This document shows, in pieces, positions 16,339 to 27,917 of a DNA stretch of 64,000 bases. Numbering within the stretch: position 1 is the first letter of the stretch; every line of letters starts with the position of its first letter. The translations under genes were made by a program, and so were the position numbers. The notes under the pieces are model-generated. The model saw only the letters and a program-made list of their open reading frames with translations, did no database searches and was not told the DNA's origin. Source of the DNA: a virus. The stretch spans positions 134,848 through 198,847 of IMG/VR virus record IMGVR_UViG_3300025405_000009, one strand, 5' to 3'.

Positions 16339-16710
16339 ATGAGATTAGAAGCATTAATGGAAGCAGTTAAGTCGGGATTGAATACAGCAGAAAGCTTTTT
16401 AGAGTTTCTCCATAAGCGTTTAGCTGGAGCTATTAAGATTGAAAAAATGACTCGTAAGAAAGGTGGATATAGTTTACTTACAGCAATTCATTACAAGGCA
16501 AAATTTGCTCCATATAAAGATGCTATTAGACATGCTAAAAAAGATAATAAAGAATCTCATTATAAAGCAATGGCTGATGAGACCTATAGAAAGCTTAAGA
16601 ATTGGGATAAGATGTCTCAACGTGAATTTCAAGCTGCTATGGGTGTTTTAGAGGTATACGGTGAAGTTTATATTCGTTCTACAAAACCTGAAAGTATTCG
16701 CTTGAATTAA
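16339..16710 (+). CDS. Hypothetical late protein
   Basis: CATAAATA 16326-16333, 5 nt before ATG. Confidence 0.7.
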   Translation: MRLEALMEAVKSGLNTAESFLEFLHKRLAGAIKIEKMTRKKGGYSLLTAIHYKAKFAPYKDAIRHAKKDNKESHYKAMADETYRKLKNWDKMSQREFQAAMGVLEVYGEVYIRSTKPESIRLN

Positions 16711-16736
16711 TTTATAATATCGCTATTATAGGTGGT

Positions 16737-16970
16737 ATGGCAAAACAAGCTACTAAAGCAAAAAAACCAGTTAAGAACGAAAAGTCATATACGAGGACAA
16801 TTGTCTTTAAATATGAACCTACCTACGAGGAGCGAGAATCAATTATAAATCGTGCTATTTACGTTGAGCAAGAGCAGTATAAAAATAAGCCATTCCGTTT
16901 TATTGTAACTGAAAAAACAATGGAGCTAGTTAAGATTAAATTTTTTGTTAAAGGAAATGGACGACAATAA
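16737..16970 (+). CDS. Hypothetical protein
   Basis: ORF track. Confidence 0.6.
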   Translation: MAKQATKAKKPVKNEKSYTRTIVFKYEPTYEERESIINRAIYVEQEQYKNKPFRFIVTEKTMELVKIKFFVKGNGRQ

Positions 16971-17253
16971 TGATTTTGATATACTAGCGTACTTTTACGC
17001 AGATACTTTTGCAGGTCATGTTTATCAATGGTACAAGAATGAGTGTATGGTAGGTAATGCTACACTACTTTTAGCTGAGAAACGAGGCGGACGACGACAT
17101 TATATTAAACAAAATTTTGATGATCTAAATGAAATACCAAAATTTATAAGAGACGGTAAAAAGAGGGAAGCTCTTTCATGGATTTCAAATGTCCTATCAG
17201 AGGAGGCAAGGAAGCAAGTAACTCCAGATATTTATGAGTATTTACAAAATTGA
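16945..17253 (+). CDS. Hypothetical protein
   Basis: ORF track; start may be the downstream ATG. Confidence 0.55.
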   Translation: MLKEMDDNNDFDILAYFYADTFAGHVYQWYKNECMVGNATLLLAEKRGGRRHYIKQNFDDLNEIPKFIRDGKKREALSWISNVLSEEARKQVTPDIYEYLQN

Positions 17254-17373
17254 TGGTTATGTAAATATGACTCCAGAAGATAGAAAGTACTATCAAGAGG
17301 TACGTAAAAAATATTATCCACCAGAGTATGTACCTCATTTAAGACATTTTAAAAAAAATAAATATAAGAAGAA

Positions 17374-17604
17374 ATGAAAACATTATTATTGTTTTTAATT
17401 CTATGTACTGTATGTTTTGCTGATACTAATAATACTACATCACCTACAAATTACCCTTATCTCAATCAATACGATATTATTAACAAATATACTGAAGAGA
17501 ATTTTTATCTTAAAAAGAATAATATTATTATAACTGGCGAATTTCTTAAAGATTATACCTTGAATCGTATAACATCTTTTACTACACTTAAAATACAATT
17601 TTAA
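17374..17604 (+). CDS. Small exported protein
   Basis: MKTLLLFLILCTVCFA signal-like N-terminus. Confidence 0.55.
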   Translation: MKTLLLFLILCTVCFADTNNTTSPTNYPYLNQYDIINKYTEENFYLKKNNIIITGEFLKDYTLNRITSFTTLKIQF

Positions 17605-17607
17605 TTT

Positions 17608-18189
17608 ATGACTAACTTAAACTGCGCATCCGTTCTTATTTTAAACCGAAATTGGCAAGCAATTCATGTAAAATCAGCGGCAGAGGCTCTTTCTATGATG
17701 TATGTAGGTAACGCTACAGGCTTAGATATCGCCGGCTTTGATAATATGGTACCATACAAGTGGGAGAATTGGGTCTCTCTACCTTTTGATGAAAAGGCTG
17801 AATATGTCAGCACCATACGTGGTCAAATAAAGGTCCCCAAGGTTATTGTGTTATGTGAATATGATAAAGTTCCAAAGAGAAGACCGAAATTTTCATCTAA
17901 AGCTATTTGGAATAGAGATGAAGGTACCTGTCAATATACTGGTAAGAAGCTAACACCGAATGAAGCAAATATCGATCATGTTTTACCAAGAAGTAAGGGA
18001 GGTAGGACAACATGGACAAATTGTGTTCTCTCCCACAAAGAAGTAAATCATAAGAAAGGTAATAGAACACCTGAAGAAGCTGGACTCAAACTCATCCGTC
18101 AACCATATGAGCCTAGAGCAGTTCCAACAATGCTTTATATTAACAATCACCAGAATATTCCTGAATGGGATATCTTTTTAAAGCTATGA
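17608..18189 (+). CDS. HNH endonuclease (McrA-like)
   Basis: VLILNRNW N-terminus; RD...CQYTG...IDHVLPRSKGG..TWTNCV. Confidence 0.85.
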   Translation: MTNLNCASVLILNRNWQAIHVKSAAEALSMMYVGNATGLDIAGFDNMVPYKWENWVSLPFDEKAEYVSTIRGQIKVPKVIVLCEYDKVPKRRPKFSSKAIWNRDEGTCQYTGKKLTPNEANIDHVLPRSKGGRTTWTNCVLSHKEVNHKKGNRTPEEAGLKLIRQPYEPRAVPTMLYINNHQNIPEWDIFLKL

Positions 18190-18620
18190 GTAGACCTTCA
18201 TGGGATGAATACGCCATGCAACTTGCAATGGTGGCAGCATTAAGATCAGAAGATCCAAGAACTAAAGTTGGTTGTTGTCTTTTACGATATGATCATACAG
18301 TAGCAAGTTTAGGGTATAATGGAGCTCCATCAGGAGTAGAAATTGAGTGGCACAATCGAGTGGAAAAACATAAAAGAGTAATTCACGCTGAGGTTAATGC
18401 TTGTAGAATGATAAAGCCTGGAGAGTGTTATCTTGCTGCTATAACTCACGCTCCTTGTAATGATTGTCTAAAAACATTAGCAGCTTACGGAATTAAAAAG
18501 ATAGTTTATGTAGAGTCATATAAATTTGATGAATCATATTCACCTGAAAACATTGCAAAAGATTATGGAATTGAAATAATACAGCTATCTGCATCATTGA
18601 AATCTGTTTTTATGTCTTAA
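18186..18620 (+). CDS. dCMP deaminase
   Basis: RPSWDEY, VGCCL, GYNG, IHAEVNA, PCNDC. Confidence 0.9.
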   Translation: MSRPSWDEYAMQLAMVAALRSEDPRTKVGCCLLRYDHTVASLGYNGAPSGVEIEWHNRVEKHKRVIHAEVNACRMIKPGECYLAAITHAPCNDCLKTLAAYGIKKIVYVESYKFDESYSPENIAKDYGIEIIQLSASLKSVFMS

Positions 18621-18628
18621 ATATTCAT

Positions 18629-19072
18629 GTGCTTAATGATATTTTAATAAACAATAATACAACATGTAAGTTTGTAGATATAGAAGGTGCGGAAAATGTA
18701 ATTTATTGTAGACCTTTTGAAGAGAGTCTTGATAATGTTGCTGTAATTGTTACTAATGGTAGTGAATTTGTTCATAAAATTATTACTGAGTCAACAGGTG
18801 ATAATTATCTAGTGACAAGTGTGCAGCTATCTGATGGCGAAGTTTTCGATAATGTAAAATTTAAATTAGCAGTTTGTGAAGAGGTAGAGTTACCTCATTC
18901 AACTATAGATACATTAGCATTTGATTTACCCTCAGATTTTCATGAAATATCTGCACCACCTGCTCTTATTCGTGAAAGTAATTCTAATTATGCTGCTACC
19001 ACAGCTCCTATAAATTATACTAAACATTTAAGAAGTTATCTAAATAAGATAATAAAGTCTAAAGCACTATAA
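18629..19072 (+). CDS. Hypothetical protein
   Basis: ORF track. Confidence 0.6.
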   Translation: MLNDILINNNTTCKFVDIEGAENVIYCRPFEESLDNVAVIVTNGSEFVHKIITESTGDNYLVTSVQLSDGEVFDNVKFKLAVCEEVELPHSTIDTLAFDLPSDFHEISAPPALIRESNSNYAATTAPINYTKHLRSYLNKIIKSKAL

Positions 19073-19100
19073 TTTAAGGGTTTTTACTTTAAATAATGAC

Positions 19101-22100
19101 GTGGAACAGGATCCGTTAATAAACTTTCTATCTAATCTTTCCCAAAAGATTAATGTAGAGAAAGAGCACAAGGCCATTATGGAAGGACTTGAGGCTCCGG
19201 AAACTGTTACTCCTCTTGCTGTTACCTTAGCTAATTTACAAGAAAAAATTGCTAAACAAGTTCAGGCTCACCTTCCTTCTACTGAAGCTACTGTAGAACA
19301 ACCAGTAATAGCTATAGAAGAGTCTGAAGAGATTTTAGAAGATAAAGACAATTTTGGTGATTTTTTAGGTAAATTAAAGGATATATTGGCAAACCCAAAA
19401 GATCCTACTGTCCCTGAAGTTAAAGTACCGATTGTAGAAGAGATTGAAGAAGAAATACCGGTAGAAGTACCAAAAGCTCCTATTGTTACTGCTACACCAA
19501 AGAACGATTATATTCAGGAACTGGAGAGACAATCTAAACCGCCTGCTGCTAAAAAAACAGCTAATGATTATACATTAGAACTTGATAAACTTAGTACTGA
19601 TATTATTAGCGAAACCGAACCTGTTAAAATGGAGAGTATTAAGAAACTTCTTGAGGAGTACATGGAGAAGTATCTTAAGAAGGCTGCTGTCATGGCTGAG
19701 TACGCAGGAGGTGGAGGCTCAGTAGCTCAACAATTTGCTAATGGCGGTACAATGAACGGTACCTTAAACGTCACTGGTCAATACCTCTCCGGTGGTGTAG
19801 ATATTGCTACATTGTTCTCAACAGGGAGCGGTAGCGGTGGAAGCGGAAATGCAGCTGTTAATAGTGTAGTCATTTCAAGTTCTGCTAACTGGAATAATAC
19901 CTATACAACCGTACAAGGCAATAGCGCTAGTTGGGGTGCAGGTGGTACACCGCAAACTCTTTCCTTCAACTCTAATACCGCGGCTTTATCTATTAGTAAT
20001 GGTAACACAGTTAGTCTCTCGGCTTTAAGTGCAACAAGTACATCTGCCAATCTCGGTCAAATACCTACATTAAGTGCTAACTGGAATAGTAGTTATACAA
20101 CTTTAACAGCAAATAGTGCTAGCTGGAATAGTGTATATAGCTATGTAAATTCAACTTCTGCTACAAATAATCCAGGCTATAATGCAACAACATTTAGTAA
20201 GTTATCTAGTCAAGCCTTTACGTATATCCCGTCTACATCGTCTGTCAATACAGTAATTGGTAATAATATTTTATCCGGATATGGTATTGTTACACCTAAT
20301 CAAAATCACCCTAACTATGGATATATTTGTAATTCGTCTATTTTAGGGGGATGTAATAATGCTCTTTATGCCGTTGGTACCGACGCTAACGATAGTGGAT
20401 GTAGTGATGGAGCCGGGACATCTTGTATTACAAATTCTATAATTTTAGGTGGTGTACAAAATCAAATTTGTAATACAGCATCTGGCTATTATAGTAGTGT
20501 TGCTTTTGGTAATAGTTATTCCAACGTTTATAATTCTGTTATTTTAACCGGTAATCAAAATTTAATACGAGCTACTAATTGTGGTTTACCTAATTCTTGT
20601 ACAGGTAGCGCTACAATTTTAGGAGGTAGTAATAATACTATATCTAGTAGTTATGGCCGTGCATCTTGTAGTACAATTACTAATGGTGTTTCAGGGTATA
20701 TTGGAGCAGCTTTATCGTTTATTGGTAATGGTTCATGTAATACTGTTAATAGTGGTTTAACATTTATTGGTACAGGTTGTAATAATACTATTAACGGTGG
20801 TGGTACTTCTGCTTTATTAAATGGTATTTGTAACTCAATAACTGGTGCTGGTTTATTAATTGGTAATGGTTGTGGTAATAATTTACAGGCAAATTATAGT
20901 ACTATTTTAAATGGAACGTGTAATGTAAATTTTTGTAATTTCTCTAATGTATTAAATGGTTCACTAAATTGTGCAACTGCATTGAGTGTAGCAATTAATA
21001 ACGGATTTTGTAATACTGCCAGTAGTCAATATTCTACTATTGTTAATGGTAAACAAAATACAGCTACATATGGCTTAGGTCCATACCCTAGAATATTATT
21101 ACATTTTGATTCATTTATCGGAATTGCTGATTCTTCAATATATGGGCTTACAGTCACTAATCCGAGTAATTTAACAGTAGGTGTATCAGGTAAATTTAAT
21201 AATGGAATTTATTTTCCAGGATCAGCTTTCCTAGCTATTAATACAAACTCCCCAATAGGAACTGGTAATTTTTCAGTCGACTTATGGTTCAATAATAGTG
21301 GTAATAATACTGGATTTATACTTGGAAACTATACTACTGGTAGTGCTGGAAATCCTCGTATATACGTAAATAACGGAAATATAAGTTATCGCACAACATC
21401 TACTGGTAGTGATCTAATAATATCTAGCTTTACACCAAATGTTTGGAATCACGTTGCTTTAAGTCGAGTTAGTGGTACTACAACACTCTATTTAAATGGT
21501 GTTAGTGTTGGTACATATGCTGACAGTGCTAATTACAGTAATAACTGGAATTTTAGATTAGGTATAGGTAATTCTGGTGGAGGTAGTTTTTATACAGGCT
21601 ATATTGATGAGGTAAGAGTGTTTAACGGTTATTCTCCTTATTCAGGTAATTTTACTCCTCCTACAGCTCCCTATTCGTTAGGTTCATCGAGTGTTCTCGG
21701 TGGTGTGTATAATAGCGTATATGGAGATAATTCTTCTATTATCGGTGGCACTAATAATACATTAAGTGCTAATAATTCATTTATCTTAGGATCTAATATT
21801 TTTGTTAGTGCTGTTAATAACTTTACATTTGTTAACAATATCTCTTCACAGGGATTAGTTTATGATGGTACAGGTAATAGTAGTCAATGGAATAGTACAT
21901 TTACAACGGTATCAGCTAATAGTGCTAATTGGAATACTGCTTATACATTAGCTACTGGATTAACCTCTCTAAGTAGTAATTGGCAATCAACCTATACAAC
22001 TGTTAGTTCAAATAGTGCTAATTGGAATACTTCTTATACCCTGGTTCAAAATAATTCTGCAGGATGGAATAATCCATTAAGCGCTTACTCTTTTATTACC

Positions 22101-22634
22101 AATGGCAGTACATCTATTTTTAATCTTAGCACAACAGCGCCATTCACGAATGCTGCAGCGTATATTGTATCTCTAAATGGAGCTATTCAAACTCCTACTA
22201 CAGACTTTACAATAACATATAGTGGAACGAATTATCTTAACCTTAATTTTACCCCTAGAGCTGGAGCTTTAATCGATGTCCAGGTTCTTGGTAATGGTGT
22301 TATAACAAACAGTAGTGTAGTAACGGTTAGTTCGAGTACCTATAACCCGTTATATGCTTACGTAAATAGTAATTTCTCTGTCAATGTACCAACTGGTAAT
22401 TATATGGTAGATACTACAACTTCTGGAGTTACTGGCGTATTACCTACAACACCGACCATTGGAACAGTAATTGGATTTATGGACCCCTATTATACCTGGG
22501 CTACTAATAATTTTACTCTATCTGCTTCTACTAACATAGAGAATCAAAATCAAACAGTTGCTATGAATATTGCAGGTTTTTCTCTAAAAGCTATCTATGT
22601 TGGTGGTACATACGGATGGAGGCTTGTACAATAA
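19101..22634 (+). CDS. Large fibre/structural protein: acidic N-domain, W-x3-Y stalk repeats, GG-x2-N beta-roll, LamG/ConA domain
   Basis: GGGGS hinge; SANWN..YTTV repeats; W.HVAL.R..GT..LYLNG and GYIDEVR LamG motifs. Confidence 0.75.
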   Translation: MEQDPLINFLSNLSQKINVEKEHKAIMEGLEAPETVTPLAVTLANLQEKIAKQVQAHLPSTEATVEQPVIAIEESEEILEDKDNFGDFLGKLKDILANPKDPTVPEVKVPIVEEIEEEIPVEVPKAPIVTATPKNDYIQELERQSKPPAAKKTANDYTLELDKLSTDIISETEPVKMESIKKLLEEYMEKYLKKAAVMAEYAGGGGSVAQQFANGGTMNGTLNVTGQYLSGGVDIATLFSTGSGSGGSGNAAVNSVVISSSANWNNTYTTVQGNSASWGAGGTPQTLSFNSNTAALSISNGNTVSLSALSATSTSANLGQIPTLSANWNSSYTTLTANSASWNSVYSYVNSTSATNNPGYNATTFSKLSSQAFTYIPSTSSVNTVIGNNILSGYGIVTPNQNHPNYGYICNSSILGGCNNALYAVGTDANDSGCSDGAGTSCITNSIILGGVQNQICNTASGYYSSVAFGNSYSNVYNSVILTGNQNLIRATNCGLPNSCTGSATILGGSNNTISSSYGRASCSTITNGVSGYIGAALSFIGNGSCNTVNSGLTFIGTGCNNTINGGGTSALLNGICNSITGAGLLIGNGCGNNLQANYSTILNGTCNVNFCNFSNVLNGSLNCATALSVAINNGFCNTASSQYSTIVNGKQNTATYGLGPYPRILLHFDSFIGIADSSIYGLTVTNPSNLTVGVSGKFNNGIYFPGSAFLAINTNSPIGTGNFSVDLWFNNSGNNTGFILGNYTTGSAGNPRIYVNNGNISYRTTSTGSDLIISSFTPNVWNHVALSRVSGTTTLYLNGVSVGTYADSANYSNNWNFRLGIGNSGGGSFYTGYIDEVRVFNGYSPYSGNFTPPTAPYSLGSSSVLGGVYNSVYGDNSSIIGGTNNTLSANNSFILGSNIFVSAVNNFTFVNNISSQGLVYDGTGNSSQWNSTFTTVSANSANWNTAYTLATGLTSLSSNWQSTYTTVSSNSANWNTSYTLVQNNSAGWNNPLSAYSFITNGSTSIFNLSTTAPFTNAAAYIVSLNGAIQTPTTDFTITYSGTNYLNLNFTPRAGALIDVQVLGNGVITNSSVVTVSSSTYNPLYAYVNSNFSVNVPTGNYMVDTTTSGVTGVLPTTPTIGTVIGFMDPYYTWATNNFTLSASTNIENQNQTVAMNIAGFSLKAIYVGGTYGWRLVQ

Positions 22635-22653
22635 CGAATAAATAAACACGACG

Positions 22654-24351
22654 ATGATCTACTTAACCTCATTATTAAATCCGACTAGTAGTTACGTACT
22701 ACCACAGCCCCTTTCGGTTACTACAACAAACCCTGTAACCTCATTAAGTGCTACGATAACAAATGCTGTTTCAACAATACCATCTGGTATTCAGTTAGTA
22801 AGTAACGCACCAGGTTATCAGCTTGATCAAACCGGTCGTGCAAGAACTGCTATACTCGGTCAACAATGGTGGTATAATTCAACAACTGATAAGGATGGAG
22901 ATTATCGAATGATTGAATCCTTTACGTCGACGGCAACTAGTATCTATGTTCAGAATTATGCTAGTACATTGATGACATCAGGGACGGCAAATGGAGCTAC
23001 AGCAATTAGAACAAGTCGTCGTAGACATAAACTACGTCCCGGTGTAGGTATGCAGTATTTTGGTACCTGGTGCTGGGATGGTTATGATACAAATGTTGTA
23101 AAGCGTAAGGGTTGGTTTACTGGCTTTAATGGTTTCTTCTTTGAATTATCAGGCGGGGACATGAACGCGGTTGTTCGTATGAGATTAATGGATGGATCTC
23201 TACTGGAAACAAGAGTACCAAGAAGTCAATTTAATGGTGATAAAATAGATGGTAATGGACCGAGTGGAGAGAACTGGAATTTACCTGCCTTATCTGCTTA
23301 TACTACTAATACAATAACTCCAACAGTTACTGCTGTTTCCGTTGGTAGTACTACAGTTTGGAATGTACGATATAGTGTAACAAATGCTGCTCAGGCTAGT
23401 GCCTTCCCTATTGGTTCTAAAGTTACTGTAAATGGATTTACTCCGTTTACGCTTAACGGACCTGCTATTGTTCAGTCCTATAATACGGCTACTCCTTCTA
23501 TTACTCTAACCTACCCATTAAGTGTTGGTAATTATAGTTCAGGGGCTAGTACTGGAAATATAATACAAACTGCCTTCCACGGAACCCATACCTATTGGTT
23601 AGATATTATTGGTAATAGAACTAATCAAGTTCGTTTCGGTAAGGTAACCGATAAGGGTGAAGTCATTCTACATACAATGGCCTTTGACGGTCAATTTGGT
23701 TCTCCTTATGCTAATGCTCCAGCAATGCCAGTTAGAAAAGAAATTTATAATACAGGAACTGTTAATTATAACCCAACAATATCTATGTTCGGTTGTTCTA
23801 TTAACGTTGAAGCAAATGTTGAGCTTAATCCTTATTTTTCTTCCGTATATAATAATACAATAATTAACTGTAATTTAAACCAAGAAGTAGTTATTCTAGG
23901 AGTCGGTCAGAGATTTGGTGAACCATGGCAGAGAGGAGACATTCAGGTTCAGAGTATTGGTATTCAAGATACTGCTAATGGACCAGGCAAAAATTCGAGT
24001 CAATCACTCATCTTTTGGCGGCTCTTATTAAACCCAGGATTAAGTGGATTACCAACTCCTGTTAATACAGGTAAGTCAATTCAGTATTGGCCCTGTACTT
24101 CAACAACTGGACTAACAGGTAGTCAACCTAGTGGCTATGCTAATATGGGTGGAGGTTGGGAGTTATTAACAGGATATGCATCATCAGGTGATACAATTAA
24201 CGTTAATACTCAGTTAAACTTCCTTAACCTCGGATCTAATATTCAATATACAGATGCTGACAAGATTTTCTTAACAGCTAAAATAATAGCAGCAGGTGGT
24301 GCAACTCCAGCAACTCTAGTTGGTAACATGAATGTCATTGAATCACTATAA
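22654..24351 (+). CDS. Virion structural protein, paralogous domain to 50089..53022
   Basis: NGFFFE and DKIDGNGPSG motifs; AATAAATA late box at 22637-22644. Confidence 0.65.
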   Translation: MIYLTSLLNPTSSYVLPQPLSVTTTNPVTSLSATITNAVSTIPSGIQLVSNAPGYQLDQTGRARTAILGQQWWYNSTTDKDGDYRMIESFTSTATSIYVQNYASTLMTSGTANGATAIRTSRRRHKLRPGVGMQYFGTWCWDGYDTNVVKRKGWFTGFNGFFFELSGGDMNAVVRMRLMDGSLLETRVPRSQFNGDKIDGNGPSGENWNLPALSAYTTNTITPTVTAVSVGSTTVWNVRYSVTNAAQASAFPIGSKVTVNGFTPFTLNGPAIVQSYNTATPSITLTYPLSVGNYSSGASTGNIIQTAFHGTHTYWLDIIGNRTNQVRFGKVTDKGEVILHTMAFDGQFGSPYANAPAMPVRKEIYNTGTVNYNPTISMFGCSINVEANVELNPYFSSVYNNTIINCNLNQEVVILGVGQRFGEPWQRGDIQVQSIGIQDTANGPGKNSSQSLIFWRLLLNPGLSGLPTPVNTGKSIQYWPCTSTTGLTGSQPSGYANMGGGWELLTGYASSGDTINVNTQLNFLNLGSNIQYTDADKIFLTAKIIAAGGATPATLVGNMNVIESL

Positions 24352-24357
24352 AATAAA

Positions 24358-27300
24358 ATGCCAAACTTAATTAATAGTTATTCTCTTTCTTCTGTAATTG
24401 GAATCGGTACCGATACTCCAAATCAGAATCTTACTGTTGTCGGTGGTATTAGTGGTAATGCTTTGGTTTATGATCAAACCGGAAACAGTAGTCAATGGAA
24501 TAGTGTTTATACTAGTGTAAAAGCTAATTCCGGTTCTTATGCTACAACAAGCTATGTACAATCAAATTACCTTAATTTAACTGGCGGTACAGTAAGAGGC
24601 AGTGTAACATTTACTGGGAATATCTCAGCACAAGGTAGCGCATATTTTGCCAACACTTTCTTTACAACAACAAGTGCTTTGTGTGCTGTAGTTAACAGTC
24701 AGGGACCTGGTTTATACATTATACAAAAAGGATCTGGCGACATTGCTTCTTTCTATGATGGTAATACCAATGGTGAAGTAATGCATATTGGTGCTTCATT
24801 AGGTTTACCTGGTGTTGGAATTTATACTTCAAATCCTGTTCCGGGTATTGCGTTAACTGTTAACGGTAGCATTTCATCAAATAAAGTAATATACGCAAGC
24901 GGTGGTAATAGTAATTTATGGAATAGTGCTTATAATTATGTAAATTCTACTTCAGCCACAAATAATCCAACATATAACGCAACCACATTTAGTAAACTTT
25001 CTAGTCAAGCCTATACATTAATACCTTCTACATCTTCTATTTTACCAACTATTGGTAACAATCAATCCATAGGTTCAGTTTGTTCTTATGTAGGTAGCGG
25101 TCAGAATAATAATATTTGCGCTACTAATACTTCTATATATGCTGGTGCTTGTAATTATAATGTATCAATTTTTTCCGGTTGTAATAATACTGTATTTGTA
25201 TGTTCTCAAGGCGTTGGTCTAGATACAGGAGCTTGTATCTGTAATACTTTTATTGGTGGTGGTGTTGGTAATAGTGTTATTGCTAATACAGGTTATGATG
25301 ATGGTCATATACAAAATAGCACAATTTTAAATGGATGTAACAATTCTATTTGCCAAAACGGATGGGATGGGGGCGGTGCTGGTAGTATATGTACATCAAC
25401 AATTGTTGGTGGAACGTGTAATGCTCTATCAGGATTTTGTATAACAGATTCTGTTATCGGTGGTGGTGTGCGTAATAGAATTATTTCCAGCTCTAATAGC
25501 AATTATCTCATAGAGGGTACTGTTATAGCTGGCGGTTATAATAATGTAGCTCTTGGATGCTATGTAAGTAATGCTGTAATTGGAGGTGGTTTAAATAACT
25601 GTAATTTAGGCAATTATGGTGTAATAGTAGGTGGTAATACTAATAAAATAACAAGCTGTTGTGGAGGTAATTTTATTGGTGGCGGTACATACAATACTGA
25701 AAGTGGATATAACGGAAGTAGTTTTATAGGTGGCGGGTATTGTAATACAACATCTGGTTATAGCGGAACCGACGTTATTGTCGGTGGTGCTCATAACACG
25801 TCATCAGCTTATAATGGTAATAATTTTATTGGTGCAGGTTATTGTAACTGTATTGACGGTACAAGTTCAGAATGTAATACTGGATCGTCGGTAATAGTTG
25901 GAGGAGGTAGCAATTATGTATTGGGTGCTAATAGCTCTATTGTAGGCGGTGCACATAACTCACTAAGTGCCAGCCAGGCATTTATTGGCGGTGGTTTTTA
26001 TAACTGCGGATGTGGTGACTATTCTATAATCGGTGCCGGTAGTTACAATTGTATTAGTTTAGGTTCAACAGATAGTAGCTATGCTGCCTGTTTAATTGCT
26101 GCATTTATAGGATCCGGTAACTTAAATGTAATTTGCTCTTACAATTACGGTTATATTAATTCTCATAGTTGTATAACAAACGCTTCTATTATAAACGGTT
26201 GCAGTAATACAATTAATACAGTAGGTTGTAGTAGTCAGTTCGGTTGCAATACGTGTGCAATAATTAACAACACCGTAATTGGATCAGGTAATAGTAATTG
26301 TGTTACTGCCTGCTCGTATGATTGTGCGTCAGCAATAATAGATAATGTGGGTATTCTGAACGGGTATGGTAATGTAGTTTGTATGACCGCAGATGGTATT
26401 AACGAAAATACCGGTGCTAGTACTTGTACTCAAAGTTCTCTTAAAGATTCCACTATCATAGGTGGAAGAAGTAATGTAATATCTAGTCGAGCTTGCATTA
26501 ATGCTAATTTTGCTGGTATATCTGCATCTACTATTGTCGGTGGTTATAAGAATTGTATACAGAATTTCAATTCAACAAGTCCTCTTGGTTCTATGTCATT
26601 TATAGCAGGTGGTTGCTGTAATACAATTAGTGGTGCATGTAATGTGTTCGTGTTGGGATCAAATATTAATGCACCTACAAATGATTACACATATACAAAT
26701 AATATTTGCTCTGGTATTATTATTGGCTCTGATATATGTGTAACCGGAATTCCTGCGTGTAGTAATCAATGGACTAGCGCGTATACAATGACAAAATCTA
26801 ATAGCGCTAACTGGAATACAGCATATCAAACTGTTTCTACTATTCCTTATACATTAATCAATGCTACAAGTTCCATACGACCAATAAGAGGTAATAATAC
26901 AGCATCAGGTACATACTCATCTATCGCAGGTGGTGCTTATAACATATCTTCTGGATTAAGATCGTTTATTGCAGCAGGATCCGGTAATGATACAAAAGGA
27001 TTTGCTAATACATTTATTCTTGGTACCGGGTTAAGTGCTACAGCTGCTAACTATACTTACGTTAATAATATTTCATCACAAGGAGCAATAGCAGCTGCTG
27101 GTATAATAACATCTAATTATTCTGGAGCTACAGATTCATCCTTACTCTTTACAGGTAGAAATGATAAGGGTGGAGGAGGTGCAGGAAATTATTATAATGA
27201 CTTTATTAGAGTAGTTGGTGGTAACGGTATAGCTAGTATGTACCTTAGAGCTAACTATACTGGTGGTATTGAGTTTCTTAATAGTCCCTATACAGCAACA

Positions 27301-27879
27301 ACACTCACTGTATCTCAATCAGGTATGATTGGTCTCAAACAGACAACAGTACAGACTAATAATATTCCAAGTAATAATGCTATATCATTTAACGGTCATA
27401 GTTATATAAACGATGATGGTAATTTACATATTACGGCATCAGACGGTTCAATCTGGATTAATACAAATAGTAGTAGTGATATTGTCTTAAATGGACAGAA
27501 CTCTTCTGGAGGTGTACAGGCATTTGGTACCTTCCGAATGAATTCCGGTTACGGTTCTGTAGCTCCAGTTTATGGGGTACGAGCATGGATAAATTTTAGT
27601 GTTAATACATCTAATGGTGCTATAACGACGAATGGAAGCGGTAATTTAAGTGTATCTCGATCAGGTACTGGTACCTATGTCTTTACGTTTGGTACAGCTA
27701 TGCCAGATGCAAATTACAGTGTAACGGCAACAGCACAAACCCCAAATAGTAACTCTGACGTTGCTTGTAATATAGCTAATGGTGTATCACTGTCAACAAC
27801 AGGATTCACTTTACAAACAGCGCGTTACGGTACAGGTAATGAAGACGCGACACTGGTGTGTGTACAGGTTGTAAGATAA
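24358..27879 (+). CDS. Cys-rich fibre/adhesin-like protein
   Basis: Long GG-x2-N beta-roll repeats with many Cys; NYTYVNN neck; C-terminal VRAWINF...GTYVFTF..AMPDANYSV tail-fibre domain. Confidence 0.75.
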   Translation: MPNLINSYSLSSVIGIGTDTPNQNLTVVGGISGNALVYDQTGNSSQWNSVYTSVKANSGSYATTSYVQSNYLNLTGGTVRGSVTFTGNISAQGSAYFANTFFTTTSALCAVVNSQGPGLYIIQKGSGDIASFYDGNTNGEVMHIGASLGLPGVGIYTSNPVPGIALTVNGSISSNKVIYASGGNSNLWNSAYNYVNSTSATNNPTYNATTFSKLSSQAYTLIPSTSSILPTIGNNQSIGSVCSYVGSGQNNNICATNTSIYAGACNYNVSIFSGCNNTVFVCSQGVGLDTGACICNTFIGGGVGNSVIANTGYDDGHIQNSTILNGCNNSICQNGWDGGGAGSICTSTIVGGTCNALSGFCITDSVIGGGVRNRIISSSNSNYLIEGTVIAGGYNNVALGCYVSNAVIGGGLNNCNLGNYGVIVGGNTNKITSCCGGNFIGGGTYNTESGYNGSSFIGGGYCNTTSGYSGTDVIVGGAHNTSSAYNGNNFIGAGYCNCIDGTSSECNTGSSVIVGGGSNYVLGANSSIVGGAHNSLSASQAFIGGGFYNCGCGDYSIIGAGSYNCISLGSTDSSYAACLIAAFIGSGNLNVICSYNYGYINSHSCITNASIINGCSNTINTVGCSSQFGCNTCAIINNTVIGSGNSNCVTACSYDCASAIIDNVGILNGYGNVVCMTADGINENTGASTCTQSSLKDSTIIGGRSNVISSRACINANFAGISASTIVGGYKNCIQNFNSTSPLGSMSFIAGGCCNTISGACNVFVLGSNINAPTNDYTYTNNICSGIIIGSDICVTGIPACSNQWTSAYTMTKSNSANWNTAYQTVSTIPYTLINATSSIRPIRGNNTASGTYSSIAGGAYNISSGLRSFIAAGSGNDTKGFANTFILGTGLSATAANYTYVNNISSQGAIAAAGIITSNYSGATDSSLLFTGRNDKGGGGAGNYYNDFIRVVGGNGIASMYLRANYTGGIEFLNSPYTATTLTVSQSGMIGLKQTTVQTNNIPSNNAISFNGHSYINDDGNLHITASDGSIWINTNSSSDIVLNGQNSSGGVQAFGTFRMNSGYGSVAPVYGVRAWINFSVNTSNGAITTNGSGNLSVSRSGTGTYVFTFGTAMPDANYSVTATAQTPNSNSDVACNIANGVSLSTTGFTLQTARYGTGNEDATLVCVQVVR

Positions 27880-27917
27880 TATCTTTTAATTTTAAAATTT
27901 TAATATAAATAAAATAT

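Noticed and set aside
8104-17253. Stop-codon reassignment as in some jumbo phages
   Set aside because: TAG ends nrdB right after its normal C-terminus (14642-14644) and the HNH at 8106; TGA ends 12863 and 17253; long genes are intact in code 11; no suppressor tRNA seen.
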